Shown here: positions 28,739-39,840 of the stretch, one piece after another | Numbering within the stretch: the stretch's first letter is position 1 | How the letters are laid out: every line of letters begins with the position of its first letter | Source of the DNA: an uncultured bacterium | GTDB lineage: Bacteria; Eisenbacteria; RBG-16-71-46 | NCBI GenBank assembly: GCA_964542745.1 | Contig: CAZIVR010000001.1 | Span: 43,041 to 107,040, forward strand | Length of the DNA stretch: 64,000 nt | Reading direction: 5' to 3' | The notes under the pieces: generated by a model | The model's input: only the letters and a program-made list of their open reading frames with translations | What the model was told of the DNA's origin: nothing | Databases searched by the model: none | Position numbers and translations under genes: made by a program

Positions 28739-31212
28739 GGAGACCTCTCCTCATTCTGGCCCGTGGTCTTCGCGACGGCCGCCGCGTAGAGCGGGTGGGC
28801 CCTGAGTCGCGCGAGCGCCGGATCGCTCGCGAACCTTTCCGGACGGTATCCGGCTTCGAGGCATCTCCTCAAGAACGAAATGGCACGTGGGGGATCGTGG
28901 ATCTGGTAGACCCCGACGGCCGCGACCAGAAGTCCGAGATCGTTCGGGCTCTCCGCCAGGGCCCGCTCGATCTCGCGGGAGGCTTCCTCATAGCGCTGGA
29001 TGTTGGAGAGCCAGGCCGCCAGCAGCGCCTTCTCGCGGTGCTGGGCTTGCCGCTCCACCGTCCTGTCCCGCATCAACGCGATCGCCCTTTCGGTGGCCTC
29101 CCGGGCGCGGGCCTCCCGGCCGGGGGCGAGACGGGCGGCGCTCCCGAGGTTGCCCCATGCCTCCGGATCGCCGGGGCTGAGCGCGACCGCGCGTTCGAAC
29201 GTCTCGACCGCCTCCTCGTGGCGGCCCAGGTAGGTGAGCGCGGTGCCGAGGTTGGCGTAGGCGCGAGGGTTGGGCTGGGCGGCGATCGAGCGCCGGCACG
29301 CCGCGACCGCCTCCTCGAGATGGCCGGCCTGGAAGTGCGCGGCGCCGAGGTTGGCGAGGGTCCGGGCGTTGCCGGGGGAGAGCCTGAGCGCTTCGCTCCA
29401 CGCGGCGGTGGCGGCGTCATAGCGGGACTGGCGGAAGTGCAGCAGCCCGAGCCACTGGTGGCAGCTCCAGCGGTCGGGAAAGCTCGTCACGGCCTCGCGC
29501 AGCGTGGCTTCGGCCTCTTCCGTTCGGCCGAGACCCTCGAGGGCTCGTCCGCGACCGACCAGCGCCTCGGGTGTCGGGTGCGCCGCGAGAAGCCGCTCGA
29601 AGCCTTCGAGCGCGAGGGGGTGGCGCCCCGCCTCGAGTTGCAGTTCCGCGTGCGCGAGCAGCGCCTGCTCCGAGCCGGCATCGAGCGCCAGCGCCCGCTC
29701 GCACGCGCTCGCCGCGCGCGCCTCCCACGAGCGCTCGTTCGTGAGCCGGCGCTTCATCAGATACGCGCGCCCGAGCGCGCCGAGAACCGCCGCGGACTCG
29801 CCGTCGCTCTCGATCAACCGCTCGAGCAACTCGATCGCTCCGTCCACGCTCGGCGGATGGTCGTAGCGGTGCAGATAGCCGAGGGCCTGCTGCAGGTGCT
29901 CGGCGGCGGCGGGGTCGTGCCGCCGGCCGGTGCGCGGCGTCGAGGTGGTCGCCTCGAGGCCGAGGCCGCGGATCACGCTCGCCACGAGCCGGTCCTCGAG
30001 CCCGAGCGGATCCACGGCGAGACCTTCCACCGAACCGGCGTGAATCTGCACCGACGAGAAGGGATCGAGCAGCCGCCAGCCCACGCGCACGCTCGTGCCC
30101 GAACGGCGCACGCTGCCCCGCAGGGCACGGTTGGCGCCGAGTGAACGCGCCGCGTCGGAGAGCGGCCGAGCGGGATCGGCGTCGGGCCCCGCGGCCTCGA
30201 TCACCGTCAACTCAGGGAACGCCGCGAGCGCGGTGACGATCGCGGCGCCGAGCCCGGGCGCGAGCCGTTCGCCCCCCGCGTCGGGCGCTGCTTCCTCGAA
30301 CGGAAACACCGCGAGGAACACCCGCGAAACGTCGCGCACCGCGGGCGTCCGGACGGGGGTCCCCGGCCGCGGGTCGCCCGCGTCGAGCCGCGCGGCCGCG
30401 CCGCTCGCGATCAGGGCGCGCAACGCGCTCTCGAGCGCCGCCGCCGAGGGCGTCCGCTTCGTCTCGTCGCGGTCGAGCACCTCCGCGACCAGCGAATCCC
30501 ACTCCGGCGAAAGTCCCGGGCGGGCCGCCGAGGGCGGCGTGACGGGCTCGTTGAGGATCGCGTAGATCAGCGCCTCGGTGCGTTCGTGGCGGAACGGGAG
30601 CCGGCCGGTGAGCGCCTCGTAGAGCACGATGCCGAGGCCCCAGACGTCCGAGACGGCGCCGGGCTTCGCGCCGCGTGCCACCTCGGGTGCCAGGAAGCTG
30701 AGCGTGCCCATCAGCGTGCCGCTGGTGGTGAAGGTGTCGGCGTCGAGCGCGCGCGAGAGCCCGAAGTCGAGCACGAACACGCGGCCGTCGCCCGCCACCA
30801 TGATGTTGCGGCTCGTGACGTCGCGGTGGAGCACGCCGCGCTCGTGGGCGTGGTCGAGGGCTCCGGCGGCCTCGGCGACGATGCGCGCGGCCTCGGCGGG
30901 GTCGAGCGGGGCGCGCGCGATGCGGTCGGCGAGCGTCTCCCCGTTCACGAGCGTGAACGCGATCCATAGCTGCCCGTCGCGCTCGCCGAAATCGAGCACC
31001 GGCACGATGCCCGGATGGTCGAGCCGGCGGCCGTTGTTGGCTTCGACCCGGAAGCGGGCCCGCGCGGAGGGGGAGCGCGAAAGTCCCTCGGCGATCACCT
31101 TGAGCGCGACGGGGCGCCCGAGCAGCGGGTCGGAGGCGCGCCACACGGTGGCCATGCCGCCGCGCCCGAGCGGGGCCTCGACCACGAAACGACCGAAACT
31201 CTGACCGAGCAT
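28735..31212 (-). CDS. Hanks-type protein kinase with TolB-N-like domain and TPR repeats
   Basis: LGRGGMATVW, VALK, HRDVTSRN, DFG, APE, DVWGLG; then FLAVFPF (TolB-N-like) and many TPR helices. Confidence 0.92.
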   Translation of the reverse strand: MLGQSFGRFVVEAPLGRGGMATVWRASDPLLGRPVALKVIAEGLSRSPSARARFRVEANNGRRLDHPGIVPVLDFGERDGQLWIAFTLVNGETLADRIARAPLDPAEAARIVAEAAGALDHAHERGVLHRDVTSRNIMVAGDGRVFVLDFGLSRALDADTFTTSGTLMGTLSFLAPEVARGAKPGAVSDVWGLGIVLYEALTGRLPFRHERTEALIYAILNEPVTPPSAARPGLSPEWDSLVAEVLDRDETKRTPSAAALESALRALIASGAAARLDAGDPRPGTPVRTPAVRDVSRVFLAVFPFEEAAPDAGGERLAPGLGAAIVTALAAFPELTVIEAAGPDADPARPLSDAARSLGANRALRGSVRRSGTSVRVGWRLLDPFSSVQIHAGSVEGLAVDPLGLEDRLVASVIRGLGLEATTSTPRTGRRHDPAAAEHLQQALGYLHRYDHPPSVDGAIELLERLIESDGESAAVLGALGRAYLMKRRLTNERSWEARAASACERALALDAGSEQALLAHAELQLEAGRHPLALEGFERLLAAHPTPEALVGRGRALEGLGRTEEAEATLREAVTSFPDRWSCHQWLGLLHFRQSRYDAATAAWSEALRLSPGNARTLANLGAAHFQAGHLEEAVAACRRSIAAQPNPRAYANLGTALTYLGRHEEAVETFERAVALSPGDPEAWGNLGSAARLAPGREARAREATERAIALMRDRTVERQAQHREKALLAAWLSNIQRYEEASREIERALAESPNDLGLLVAAVGVYQIHDPPRAISFLRRCLEAGYRPERFASDPALARLRAHPLYAAAVAKTTGQNEERSP

Positions 31213-31301
31213 CGCGCGCCTCTCGAACCTGGGTTCGGCGGACGAGGTGCGGGGCCGGCACGACCCGCGCCCGGGTGGCCCCCGCCCCGGCGCGCGAACG
31301 C

Positions 31302-33164
<1,863 letters not shown>

Positions 33165-33260
33165 GCCCCGGAAGCTATCAGCCGCGCCGCGCGCGACAAA
33201 GCGCGCGGGCCTGACGATTCGTGGACGCGAACGGCGGTGCGCCCGGAGTGCGGCGGGCGA

Positions 33261-34301
33261 TCAGCGCAGGAACCGCTGCACCCTCGGCGCCTGCCGCTGC
33301 ACTTCGGCGATCTTCTCCGGGTCGTCGGGGAAGAGCCCCACCTTCGCGAGCCGCGGGATCAGGTCCATCCAGAACCGCTCGCGCACGAACACGCGCCGGA
33401 ACGCCTGCAGCCCCTCGGGCACCCGCCCGTTGGTGTAGAGGCCGACCGCGGCCCAGAACTGCAGTTCGACCACCTCGGGCGCGAGCTTGGCCGCCGCCTC
33501 GTAGTGCCGCAGCGCCTCCTCGGGCTTCTTCTCCGAGATCGCCGCGTCGCCCGCGTCTTCGTGGTTGTAGGCGCGCCGCAGCCGGAGCAGCCGGCGCAAC
33601 TCGCCGAGCGGGTCCTTGTGGTCCTCGACCCGCAGGTCCACGACGCGGTCGGCCCACGGCTTCCCGCTCGACTTCGCCTTCACCACCACGATCGCCGCCG
33701 ACTGGCGGCCGCGGATGTCGCCGCCCGCCTTCTCGGCGGCCTCGAGCGCCTGCATCATGCGCTCGGCCAGGTCGCCCTTCGCGTTCTCGTAGGCCGCGGC
33801 CATCGCCGGCCACACGGTCGCGTTGCGCATGAGATTCGCCTGCACCGAGTAGCCCGCGCCCACACGGTGCCCGGCGTCCGGGATGCAGGCCGGCCCGGTC
33901 CACGCGTCCACGCGGCCCGCGGCGTCCACCATCGCGACCTGGCGCCCGTCGCGCGCCTTGTCCTTCGCGACCAGGCGCTTCAGGGCCTCGGGCGCGGCGA
34001 GGCCGCCGCGCATCAGCTCCAGCCCGTCGGGGCCGTAGTCCACCAGCACCAGCGACTGGGTGGCCACCGCGCCCACGCCCGCCTCGGCCCACGGAACGAT
34101 GGGGCCGACCGAGAAGTAGTGGGACTGCACCGCGACCCCCATGTCGCCGGTCTCGGGGTCGCGCGCCACGATCGAGTACGTGGAGACGAGCGGCGGGCGC
34201 GGGGCGGGGTCGGCCGGCGGTGGGGCCGCGGCCCGGGCGGCGGGCGCGGCGGCGGCCAGCGCGAAGGCGGCGAACGAGAGCGCGAGAACGGGGCGCGGCA
34301 T
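33261..34301 (-). CDS. DUF1028 (Ntn-hydrolase-like) protein with C-terminal TPR
   Basis: Signal peptide, then STYSIVARDPETGDMGVAVQS, GAVATQS, QANLM, GGDIRGRQSAA, DLRVEDH. Confidence 0.88.
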   Translation of the reverse strand: MPRPVLALSFAAFALAAAAPAARAAAPPPADPAPRPPLVSTYSIVARDPETGDMGVAVQSHYFSVGPIVPWAEAGVGAVATQSLVLVDYGPDGLELMRGGLAAPEALKRLVAKDKARDGRQVAMVDAAGRVDAWTGPACIPDAGHRVGAGYSVQANLMRNATVWPAMAAAYENAKGDLAERMMQALEAAEKAGGDIRGRQSAAIVVVKAKSSGKPWADRVVDLRVEDHKDPLGELRRLLRLRRAYNHEDAGDAAISEKKPEEALRHYEAAAKLAPEVVELQFWAAVGLYTNGRVPEGLQAFRRVFVRERFWMDLIPRLAKVGLFPDDPEKIAEVQRQAPRVQRFLR

Positions 34302-34440
34302 GAGGACCTCCGGGAGCGGGAGAGGAGCGGCCGGTCCGAACGCTAGCAGGGATGCGCCGCGCGCGTCACCGGGCGTTGGAGTTCCGGGTTCGGTCGGCTA
34401 ACCTCGGCCGCATGGCTTCCACCCCGGCCGCGGGGGCCGC

Positions 34441-35997
34441 GTGAGCGCGCTGCGTCCCTCCGACCTCGAACAGCTCGCCGCGCAGGGCATCGCGCCCGCC
34501 GAGGCGGAGCGCCAGCTCGCGCTGCTCGCCGATCCCCCGGCGCCCCCCGCGCTCGACCGCCCGTGCACCGTGGGCGACGGCATCGCCCGGATCGGGCCCG
34601 ACGAGGGGCGCGCGCTGCTCGAGCTCCACGCCGAAGCCGCCGAGCGCGGGCGGGTCTCCGCGTTCGTGCCGGCCTCGGGGGCGGCCACGCGCATGTTCGG
34701 CGACCTGATGGCGGTGCGGGCGGAGCCTTCGCTCGGCACGCCGGAGGCGCTGGCCGCCGCGGCGCGCGCGGGACGCCGGGAGGCCGCGGCGGCGCGCGAG
34801 TTCCTCGGCGGCCTCGACCGCTTCGCGTTCTTCCCCGAGCTCAAACGCGCGGCCGAGGCGGGCGGCGTCCCGCTCCGGATGCTGGTGCGCGAAGGCCCGC
34901 TCGAGACGCTGTTCTCCGCGCTGCTCGACGAGACGGGGCTGGGCTACGGCTCGCGGCCCAAGGGGCTGCTCGCGTTCCACGACTACCCCGATGGCCCGCG
35001 CACCCCGTTCGAGGAGCACCTCGTCGAGGCCACCCAGTTCGCCGGCGACGGGGAGGCGCGCTGCCGGCTGCACTTCACGGTCTCGCCGGAGCATCGCGCG
35101 GCCTTCGAGGCCCGGCTGCTCGACGTGGCGCCCCGCCTCGGGCAGCGCCTCGGGGCGGGCCTCGACGTGGGCTTCTCCGAGCAGAAGCGCTCGACCGAGA
35201 CGCTCGCGGCCTCGCCCGGGGGCGGGCCGTTCCGGACCGCCGAGGGGAAGCTGTTGCTGCGGCCCGCGGGCCACGGCGCGCTGCTCGCGAACCTCGCCGA
35301 CCTCGACGCCGACCTGGTGATGGTCAAGAACGTGGACAACGTCGCGCACGAACGGTTCAAGCGCGACACGTTCACCTGGAGCCGGCTCCTGATCGGGCTC
35401 GCCGCGCGGCTCGAGCGCGAGGCGGTGGCGCATCTCGGCCGGCTCGCGGCGGGGGCCGACGAGGCGGCGGTGTCGGGGGCCGAGCGATTCCTCGCCACCG
35501 CGTTCGGCGCCGCGGCGCCGGCGGCGGGCCCCCTGCCCGAGCGCACCCTGCGCGCCGGACGCCGGCTCGCGCGCCCGCTGCGCGTGTGCGGCATGGTGCC
35601 CAGCACCGGCGAGCCCGGCGGCGGCCCGATGTGGGTGCGCGGCGACGACGGCGAGGTGACGGCGCAGGTGGTGGAGCTGTCGCAGGTGCGGCTCGACGAT
35701 CCCGGGCAGCGCGCGGTGGTCGAGAAGTCCACGCACTTCAACCCGGTGTTCATGGCGCTCGCGCTGCGGGGAGCCGGGGACCGCCCCTACCGGCTTGCGG
35801 AATTCGTGGACGAGCGCGCGGTGCTGGTCGTGAAGAAGAGCTTCGAGGGACGCGACCTGCTCGCGCTCGAGCGCCCGGGGCTGTGGAACGGCGCGATGGC
35901 GCGCTGGAACACGGTGTTCGTCGAGGTGCCGCTCTCGGTGTTCAACCCGGTGAAGAGCGTGAACGACCTGCTGCGGAAGGAACACCAGCCGGGATAG
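34441..35997 (+). CDS. DUF4301 family protein (nucleotidyltransferase-like)
   Basis: FVPASGAATRMF, PKGLLAFH, RPAGHGALL, KNVDNV, RPLRVCGMV, GEPGGGP, THFNPV, ERPGLWNGAM, FNPVKSVNDLL. Confidence 0.88.
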   Translation: MSALRPSDLEQLAAQGIAPAEAERQLALLADPPAPPALDRPCTVGDGIARIGPDEGRALLELHAEAAERGRVSAFVPASGAATRMFGDLMAVRAEPSLGTPEALAAAARAGRREAAAAREFLGGLDRFAFFPELKRAAEAGGVPLRMLVREGPLETLFSALLDETGLGYGSRPKGLLAFHDYPDGPRTPFEEHLVEATQFAGDGEARCRLHFTVSPEHRAAFEARLLDVAPRLGQRLGAGLDVGFSEQKRSTETLAASPGGGPFRTAEGKLLLRPAGHGALLANLADLDADLVMVKNVDNVAHERFKRDTFTWSRLLIGLAARLEREAVAHLGRLAAGADEAAVSGAERFLATAFGAAAPAAGPLPERTLRAGRRLARPLRVCGMVPSTGEPGGGPMWVRGDDGEVTAQVVELSQVRLDDPGQRAVVEKSTHFNPVFMALALRGAGDRPYRLAEFVDERAVLVVKKSFEGRDLLALERPGLWNGAMARWNTVFVEVPLSVFNPVKSVNDLLRKEHQPG

Positions 35998-36022
35998 GCG
36001 GGATCCTTCGCGGGAACGGCCG

Positions 36023-37210
36023 TCAGCCGGCCTGCACCCACGCCTCGCCGCCGGCGAAGCGGCCGCCCGGGTCGAGCGCCTCGCGGAGGCGTTCGCGCAT
36101 CGCCCGCACCGCGGCCTGCCCGGACCACGCGGGCGCCGCGAGGCCGCGGCGGGCGATCGGAACCGCGCCGAACTCGGCGAGCGCTCCGACGAGGCCCGGC
36201 GCCTCCGGCTCCGGCGTCCACGCCAGCAGGCGCCCGGCCGGGGCGTGGAACAGGAAGGGCGCCGCCGGGACCCGCGCGAGCAGCGGCGAGACCGCCGCGG
36301 GCGAGTCGTCGGCCGTCGTGAAGGTGAGCCGCGTCCCCGGGGTTTCCTCGAGATCGGCGATCCGCTGCCAGAGCGCGGCCGCCGCGGCGCCCTCGAGCCG
36401 CGCCATCGGCTCGCCGTAGGCCGCGAGCACCGCGCGCTGCTGCTCCGCCACCCGGGCCGGGTCGTCCTCGAGCCCCACCACGCCCACGTAGTCGGCGCCC
36501 TGGGGGTCGAGCCCGGCCGCGCGCGCGAGCTCCGCGCTCATCACGCTCAACACCGCCACCTCGAGGCGCGCGAACGCGCCGCAGCGGTCGCGGTCGCGGA
36601 TCCGGTCGGCGTCGCAGCCGAAGACGCAGGCGAGGCGCGCGGCGGGCGCGGGCTGCAGCTTGAGGCTGGCCTCGAGGATCACGGCGAGCGCCCCGCGCGA
36701 CCCGCACAGCAGGCGATGGAGCCCGTAGCCCGCGACGTTCTTCACCACCTTGCCGCCGGTGCGCGCCTCGCCGCCGTCGCCGAGCAGGTAGCGCGCGCCG
36801 AGCACGCGGTCGCGCGGGGCGCCGAAGCGGCGCCGGCGCGGCCCCGAGGCGTTGGCGGCGAGCACGCCGCCGAGCGTGGCCCGATCGGCCCGCGCCGCCT
36901 CGAGCGGCAGCTCGTGGCCGTGCGCGGCGACCGCGGCGCGCAGCGCGCCGAGCGTGGCCCCGCACTCGGCGGTGAGGGTCAGGTCGTCGGGCTCGTACTC
37001 GACCACCGCGGCGAGCGCCGAGAGATCGAGCGCCACGTCGTAGCGCGCGGGCGCGGCCTCGGCGGGCAGCGAGACGCCGCCGCCCCACGGCACCACGCCG
37101 AGCCGGTCGCGCGCGGCCGCGCGCAGGGCCTCGCGGGCCTCCTCGCGGGTGGCGGGCCGCTCGGCCCGGCGCGGCGCCACGCCCCCGATCGCGTAGCGCG
37201 TCAGATCCAC
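36023..37210 (-). CDS. glcE: Glycolate oxidase FAD-binding subunit
   Basis: EYEPDDLTLTAECG, ATLGG, GPRR...GAPRDRVLG, GGKVVKNVAGY. GTG 37210 overlaps the glcD end. Confidence 0.85.
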   Translation of the reverse strand: MDLTRYAIGGVAPRRAERPATREEAREALRAAARDRLGVVPWGGGVSLPAEAAPARYDVALDLSALAAVVEYEPDDLTLTAECGATLGALRAAVAAHGHELPLEAARADRATLGGVLAANASGPRRRRFGAPRDRVLGARYLLGDGGEARTGGKVVKNVAGYGLHRLLCGSRGALAVILEASLKLQPAPAARLACVFGCDADRIRDRDRCGAFARLEVAVLSVMSAELARAAGLDPQGADYVGVVGLEDDPARVAEQQRAVLAAYGEPMARLEGAAAAALWQRIADLEETPGTRLTFTTADDSPAAVSPLLARVPAAPFLFHAPAGRLLAWTPEPEAPGLVGALAEFGAVPIARRGLAAPAWSGQAAVRAMRERLREALDPGGRFAGGEAWVQAG

Positions 37211-38697
37211 GGCCCCTCCGCGTCGTCGCGCATCGGACCGCCGCGCATCGGCTGCGGCCGGCCCGCCGCGAGCGCGTGGGCGGCGCCCTCGCCGCAGCCC
37301 GCGCCGCCCGGGAGCACCTTGCAGGGGTTGAGGAGCCCGTCCGGGTTGCAGGCCGTGCGCACCCGCTCCATGAGCGCCAGGTCCTCGGGCGCGAACAGCT
37401 CGCGCATCATCGGCTTCTTCTCGATCCCGACGCCGTGCTCGCCGGAGATCGTCCCGCCCGAGCGGATGCACATGCGCAGGATCTCCTCGGAGACCTCGAG
37501 CGCCGCCTGCTGCGACGCGGGGTCGCCCTGGTCGAAGGCGACGTGCGGGTGCAGGTTGCCGTCGCCGGCGTGGAACACGTTGCCGGTGCCGAGCCCGCGC
37601 TCGGCGCACAGCCGGTACACGGTGGAGAGCGCGTGCGCGAGCCGGGTGCGCGGCACCACGCCGTCCATGATGTAGAAGCCGTTGCCGCTCCTCCCGAAGG
37701 CGCCGAACGCCGACTTGCGGCCGCGCCACAGCGCGAGGCGCTCGGCGTCGTCCTTCGCCACTCGGGTCGACCGCGCGCCGTGCCGCTTCGCGATCTCGAC
37801 GATCCGGTCCACCTGCGGGCCGAGGCACACGGCCGGGCCATCCACCTCGATCAGCAGCACGGCGGCGGCGTCGAGCGGCAGGCCGAGGTGCAGCCAGGCC
37901 TCGACCATCTCGTTGACGTGGCGGTCCATGATCTCCATCGCCGCGGGCACGATGCCGGCGGCGATGGTGGCCGAAACCGTGTCGCACGCGGCCTCGATGG
38001 TGTCGTAGTCGAACAGCATCGTCTTCACGGCTTCGGGCTTCGGCAGCAGCCGCACGCAGATCTCGGTGACGATGCCGAGCGTGCCCTCGCTGCCCACGAT
38101 CAGCGAGAGCAGGTCGAAGTCGGGCGCGTCGAGGGCCTCGCCGCCGAGGGTCACCACGTCGCCGCCGGCCAGCACCACGGTGGCCCCGAGCACGTGGTTG
38201 AAGGTCACCCCGTACTTGAGGCAGTGCGGCCCGCCGGCGTTGGTGGAGACGTTGCCGCCGAGCGTGCTGACCTGCTGCGAGGCCGGATCGGGCGCGTAGT
38301 AGAGCCCGTGCTCGGCGGTGCGCTGGGAGAGCGCCAGGTTCACGAGCCCGGGCTGCACCCACGCCAGCATGCGCTCGGGGTCGAGCCGCAGCAGCGCGTC
38401 CATGCGGTTGACCGACAGCACCACGCCGCCCCGGATCGCGGTGGCCCCGCCCGCGAGCCCCGTGCCCGCCCCGCGCGGCGTCACCGGCAGGCCCTTCGCG
38501 TTGGCCCAGCGCACCACCGCGCTCACCTCGTCGGTGTCGCGCGGCAGCACCACCACGTCCGGCATCGCGCGCTCGATCGTGAGCGCGTCGGCCTCGTACG
38601 TGAAGCGCGCCGCCTCGCTGGCGAGCACGCCGTCGTCGCCGAGGAGCGCGCGCAGTTCGTCGAGGTCGGAGGGGGCGAGGGCCGCGACGGTGTTCAT
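37201..38697 (-). CDS. glcD: Glycolate oxidase subunit (FAD-linked oxidase)
   Basis: PRGAGTGLAGGA, YAPDPASQQVSTLGGNVSTNAGGPHCLKYG, GSEGTLG, HAGDGNLHP, SGEHGVGIEK. Confidence 0.9.
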   Translation of the reverse strand: MNTVAALAPSDLDELRALLGDDGVLASEAARFTYEADALTIERAMPDVVVLPRDTDEVSAVVRWANAKGLPVTPRGAGTGLAGGATAIRGGVVLSVNRMDALLRLDPERMLAWVQPGLVNLALSQRTAEHGLYYAPDPASQQVSTLGGNVSTNAGGPHCLKYGVTFNHVLGATVVLAGGDVVTLGGEALDAPDFDLLSLIVGSEGTLGIVTEICVRLLPKPEAVKTMLFDYDTIEAACDTVSATIAAGIVPAAMEIMDRHVNEMVEAWLHLGLPLDAAAVLLIEVDGPAVCLGPQVDRIVEIAKRHGARSTRVAKDDAERLALWRGRKSAFGAFGRSGNGFYIMDGVVPRTRLAHALSTVYRLCAERGLGTGNVFHAGDGNLHPHVAFDQGDPASQQAALEVSEEILRMCIRSGGTISGEHGVGIEKKPMMRELFAPEDLALMERVRTACNPDGLLNPCKVLPGGAGCGEGAAHALAAGRPQPMRGGPMRDDAEGPWI

Positions 38698-38782
38698 GAC
38701 ATGCAGCCTAGCATCAGGGCTCGCAGCGAGGCGCAATGTGGCGGCCCGGAAATCGAATTGGAGCCGGCGAAATTGACTCTGC

Positions 38783-38788
38783 TACACT
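38783..38788 (+). promoter_or_regulatory. Putative extended -10 element upstream of the two-gene islet
   Basis: TGcTACACT about 55 nt upstream of ATG 38843; the -35 box is unclear. Confidence 0.35.
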
Positions 38789-38842
38789 CGCTCGCGGCAT
38801 CAAGCGTGCCCCCTCGTTTGGAAGGATGGCTTCGGAGTCAAC

Positions 38843-39139
38843 ATGGGAAAGAGTGCGACGACCGCGGCTAAGCGGGTGATTCAGGTACCGGAAATCGAGA
38901 GCGACTTGAGAGCTGGAAGAGTGGATCGCGCGTTCGCCCGTGTGCGTGGAGTCCGGAAGGGCAAGCTCCTCTCGAGGCAGCGAGCCAAGAAGGTGCTTTC
39001 GCGGACCTATCAGGAGATCCTCTTCAATCTCAAACCGGAGAATCTGGTCAGCGCGACCTTCAAGGTGCACGCGGGCGGATCCCTCGGCGTTCGCACGGTT
39101 CGCCGGAGGGGAAAGCGGGTTCCTGCCAAGAAGAAATAG
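38843..39139 (+). CDS. Small, highly basic hypothetical protein
   Basis: 98 aa, Lys/Arg-rich; GGAG upstream of the ATG; no recognised family. Confidence 0.6.
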   Translation: MGKSATTAAKRVIQVPEIESDLRAGRVDRAFARVRGVRKGKLLSRQRAKKVLSRTYQEILFNLKPENLVSATFKVHAGGSLGVRTVRRRGKRVPAKKK

Positions 39140-39171
39140 CCGCCGATCCCAAGCCCCTTTGAGAGGCCGCT

Positions 39172-39792
39172 GTGAGCGCAAGGCGCGTTTCGAGCGTCTT
39201 CATCAATGTTCCGTTCGACCGCGCCTACGAGCCCCTGCTGCAGGCGATCATCTTCGCCGTCTCCGACTGTGGATTCGTCGCGCGGTCTGCGCTCGAGATT
39301 GACGACGGCTCGCAGATCCGGATCCAAAAGATCTGCGAAATCATGTCGCAATGCGATTTCGGGATTCACGATATCTCGCGGACCGAGGTGGGGCGCACGG
39401 GGCTGCCGCGATTCAACATGCCGCTCGAACTGGGCCTGTTCCTGGGCGCCAAGCGGTTCGGGAAAGGCAGGCAGCGGAGGAAGAACTGCCTCATCCTCGA
39501 CCGGCATCGGTACCGATTCCACAAATTCTGCTCGGACATCGCCGGCCAGGACATCCGAGCCCACGGAAATCGTCCCGCGAGGGTCATCGCGAGGGTCAGG
39601 GACTGGCTCGCGAGTTCGATGAGTTCGCGGGGGATCATGGTTCCTGGACCGGTGTTCATCTCCCGTCGCTACGCACAGTTCCTTGAGGATCTCCCGGCCG
39701 CTTGCCGCGACCTCGGCTTGCGCGTCCGCCAGTTGACGTTCAACGATTTCCGCTTCTTGGTTTCTCGCTGGCTGCTGAACAATCCCTGGTAG
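39172..39792 (+). CDS. Nucleoside 2-deoxyribosyltransferase/TIR-like fold protein
   Basis: VFINVPF at the N-terminus, CDFGIHDIS, RFNMPLELGLFLG (N-x-x-x-E-L-G catalytic-Glu-like motif), SDIAGQDI. Confidence 0.65.
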   Translation: MSARRVSSVFINVPFDRAYEPLLQAIIFAVSDCGFVARSALEIDDGSQIRIQKICEIMSQCDFGIHDISRTEVGRTGLPRFNMPLELGLFLGAKRFGKGRQRRKNCLILDRHRYRFHKFCSDIAGQDIRAHGNRPARVIARVRDWLASSMSSRGIMVPGPVFISRRYAQFLEDLPAACRDLGLRVRQLTFNDFRFLVSRWLLNNPW

Positions 39793-39840
39793 GCGCACCC
39801 GGGGCCGTGCCTCAACACCCGCTGGGTAGGGCGCCTTGCA

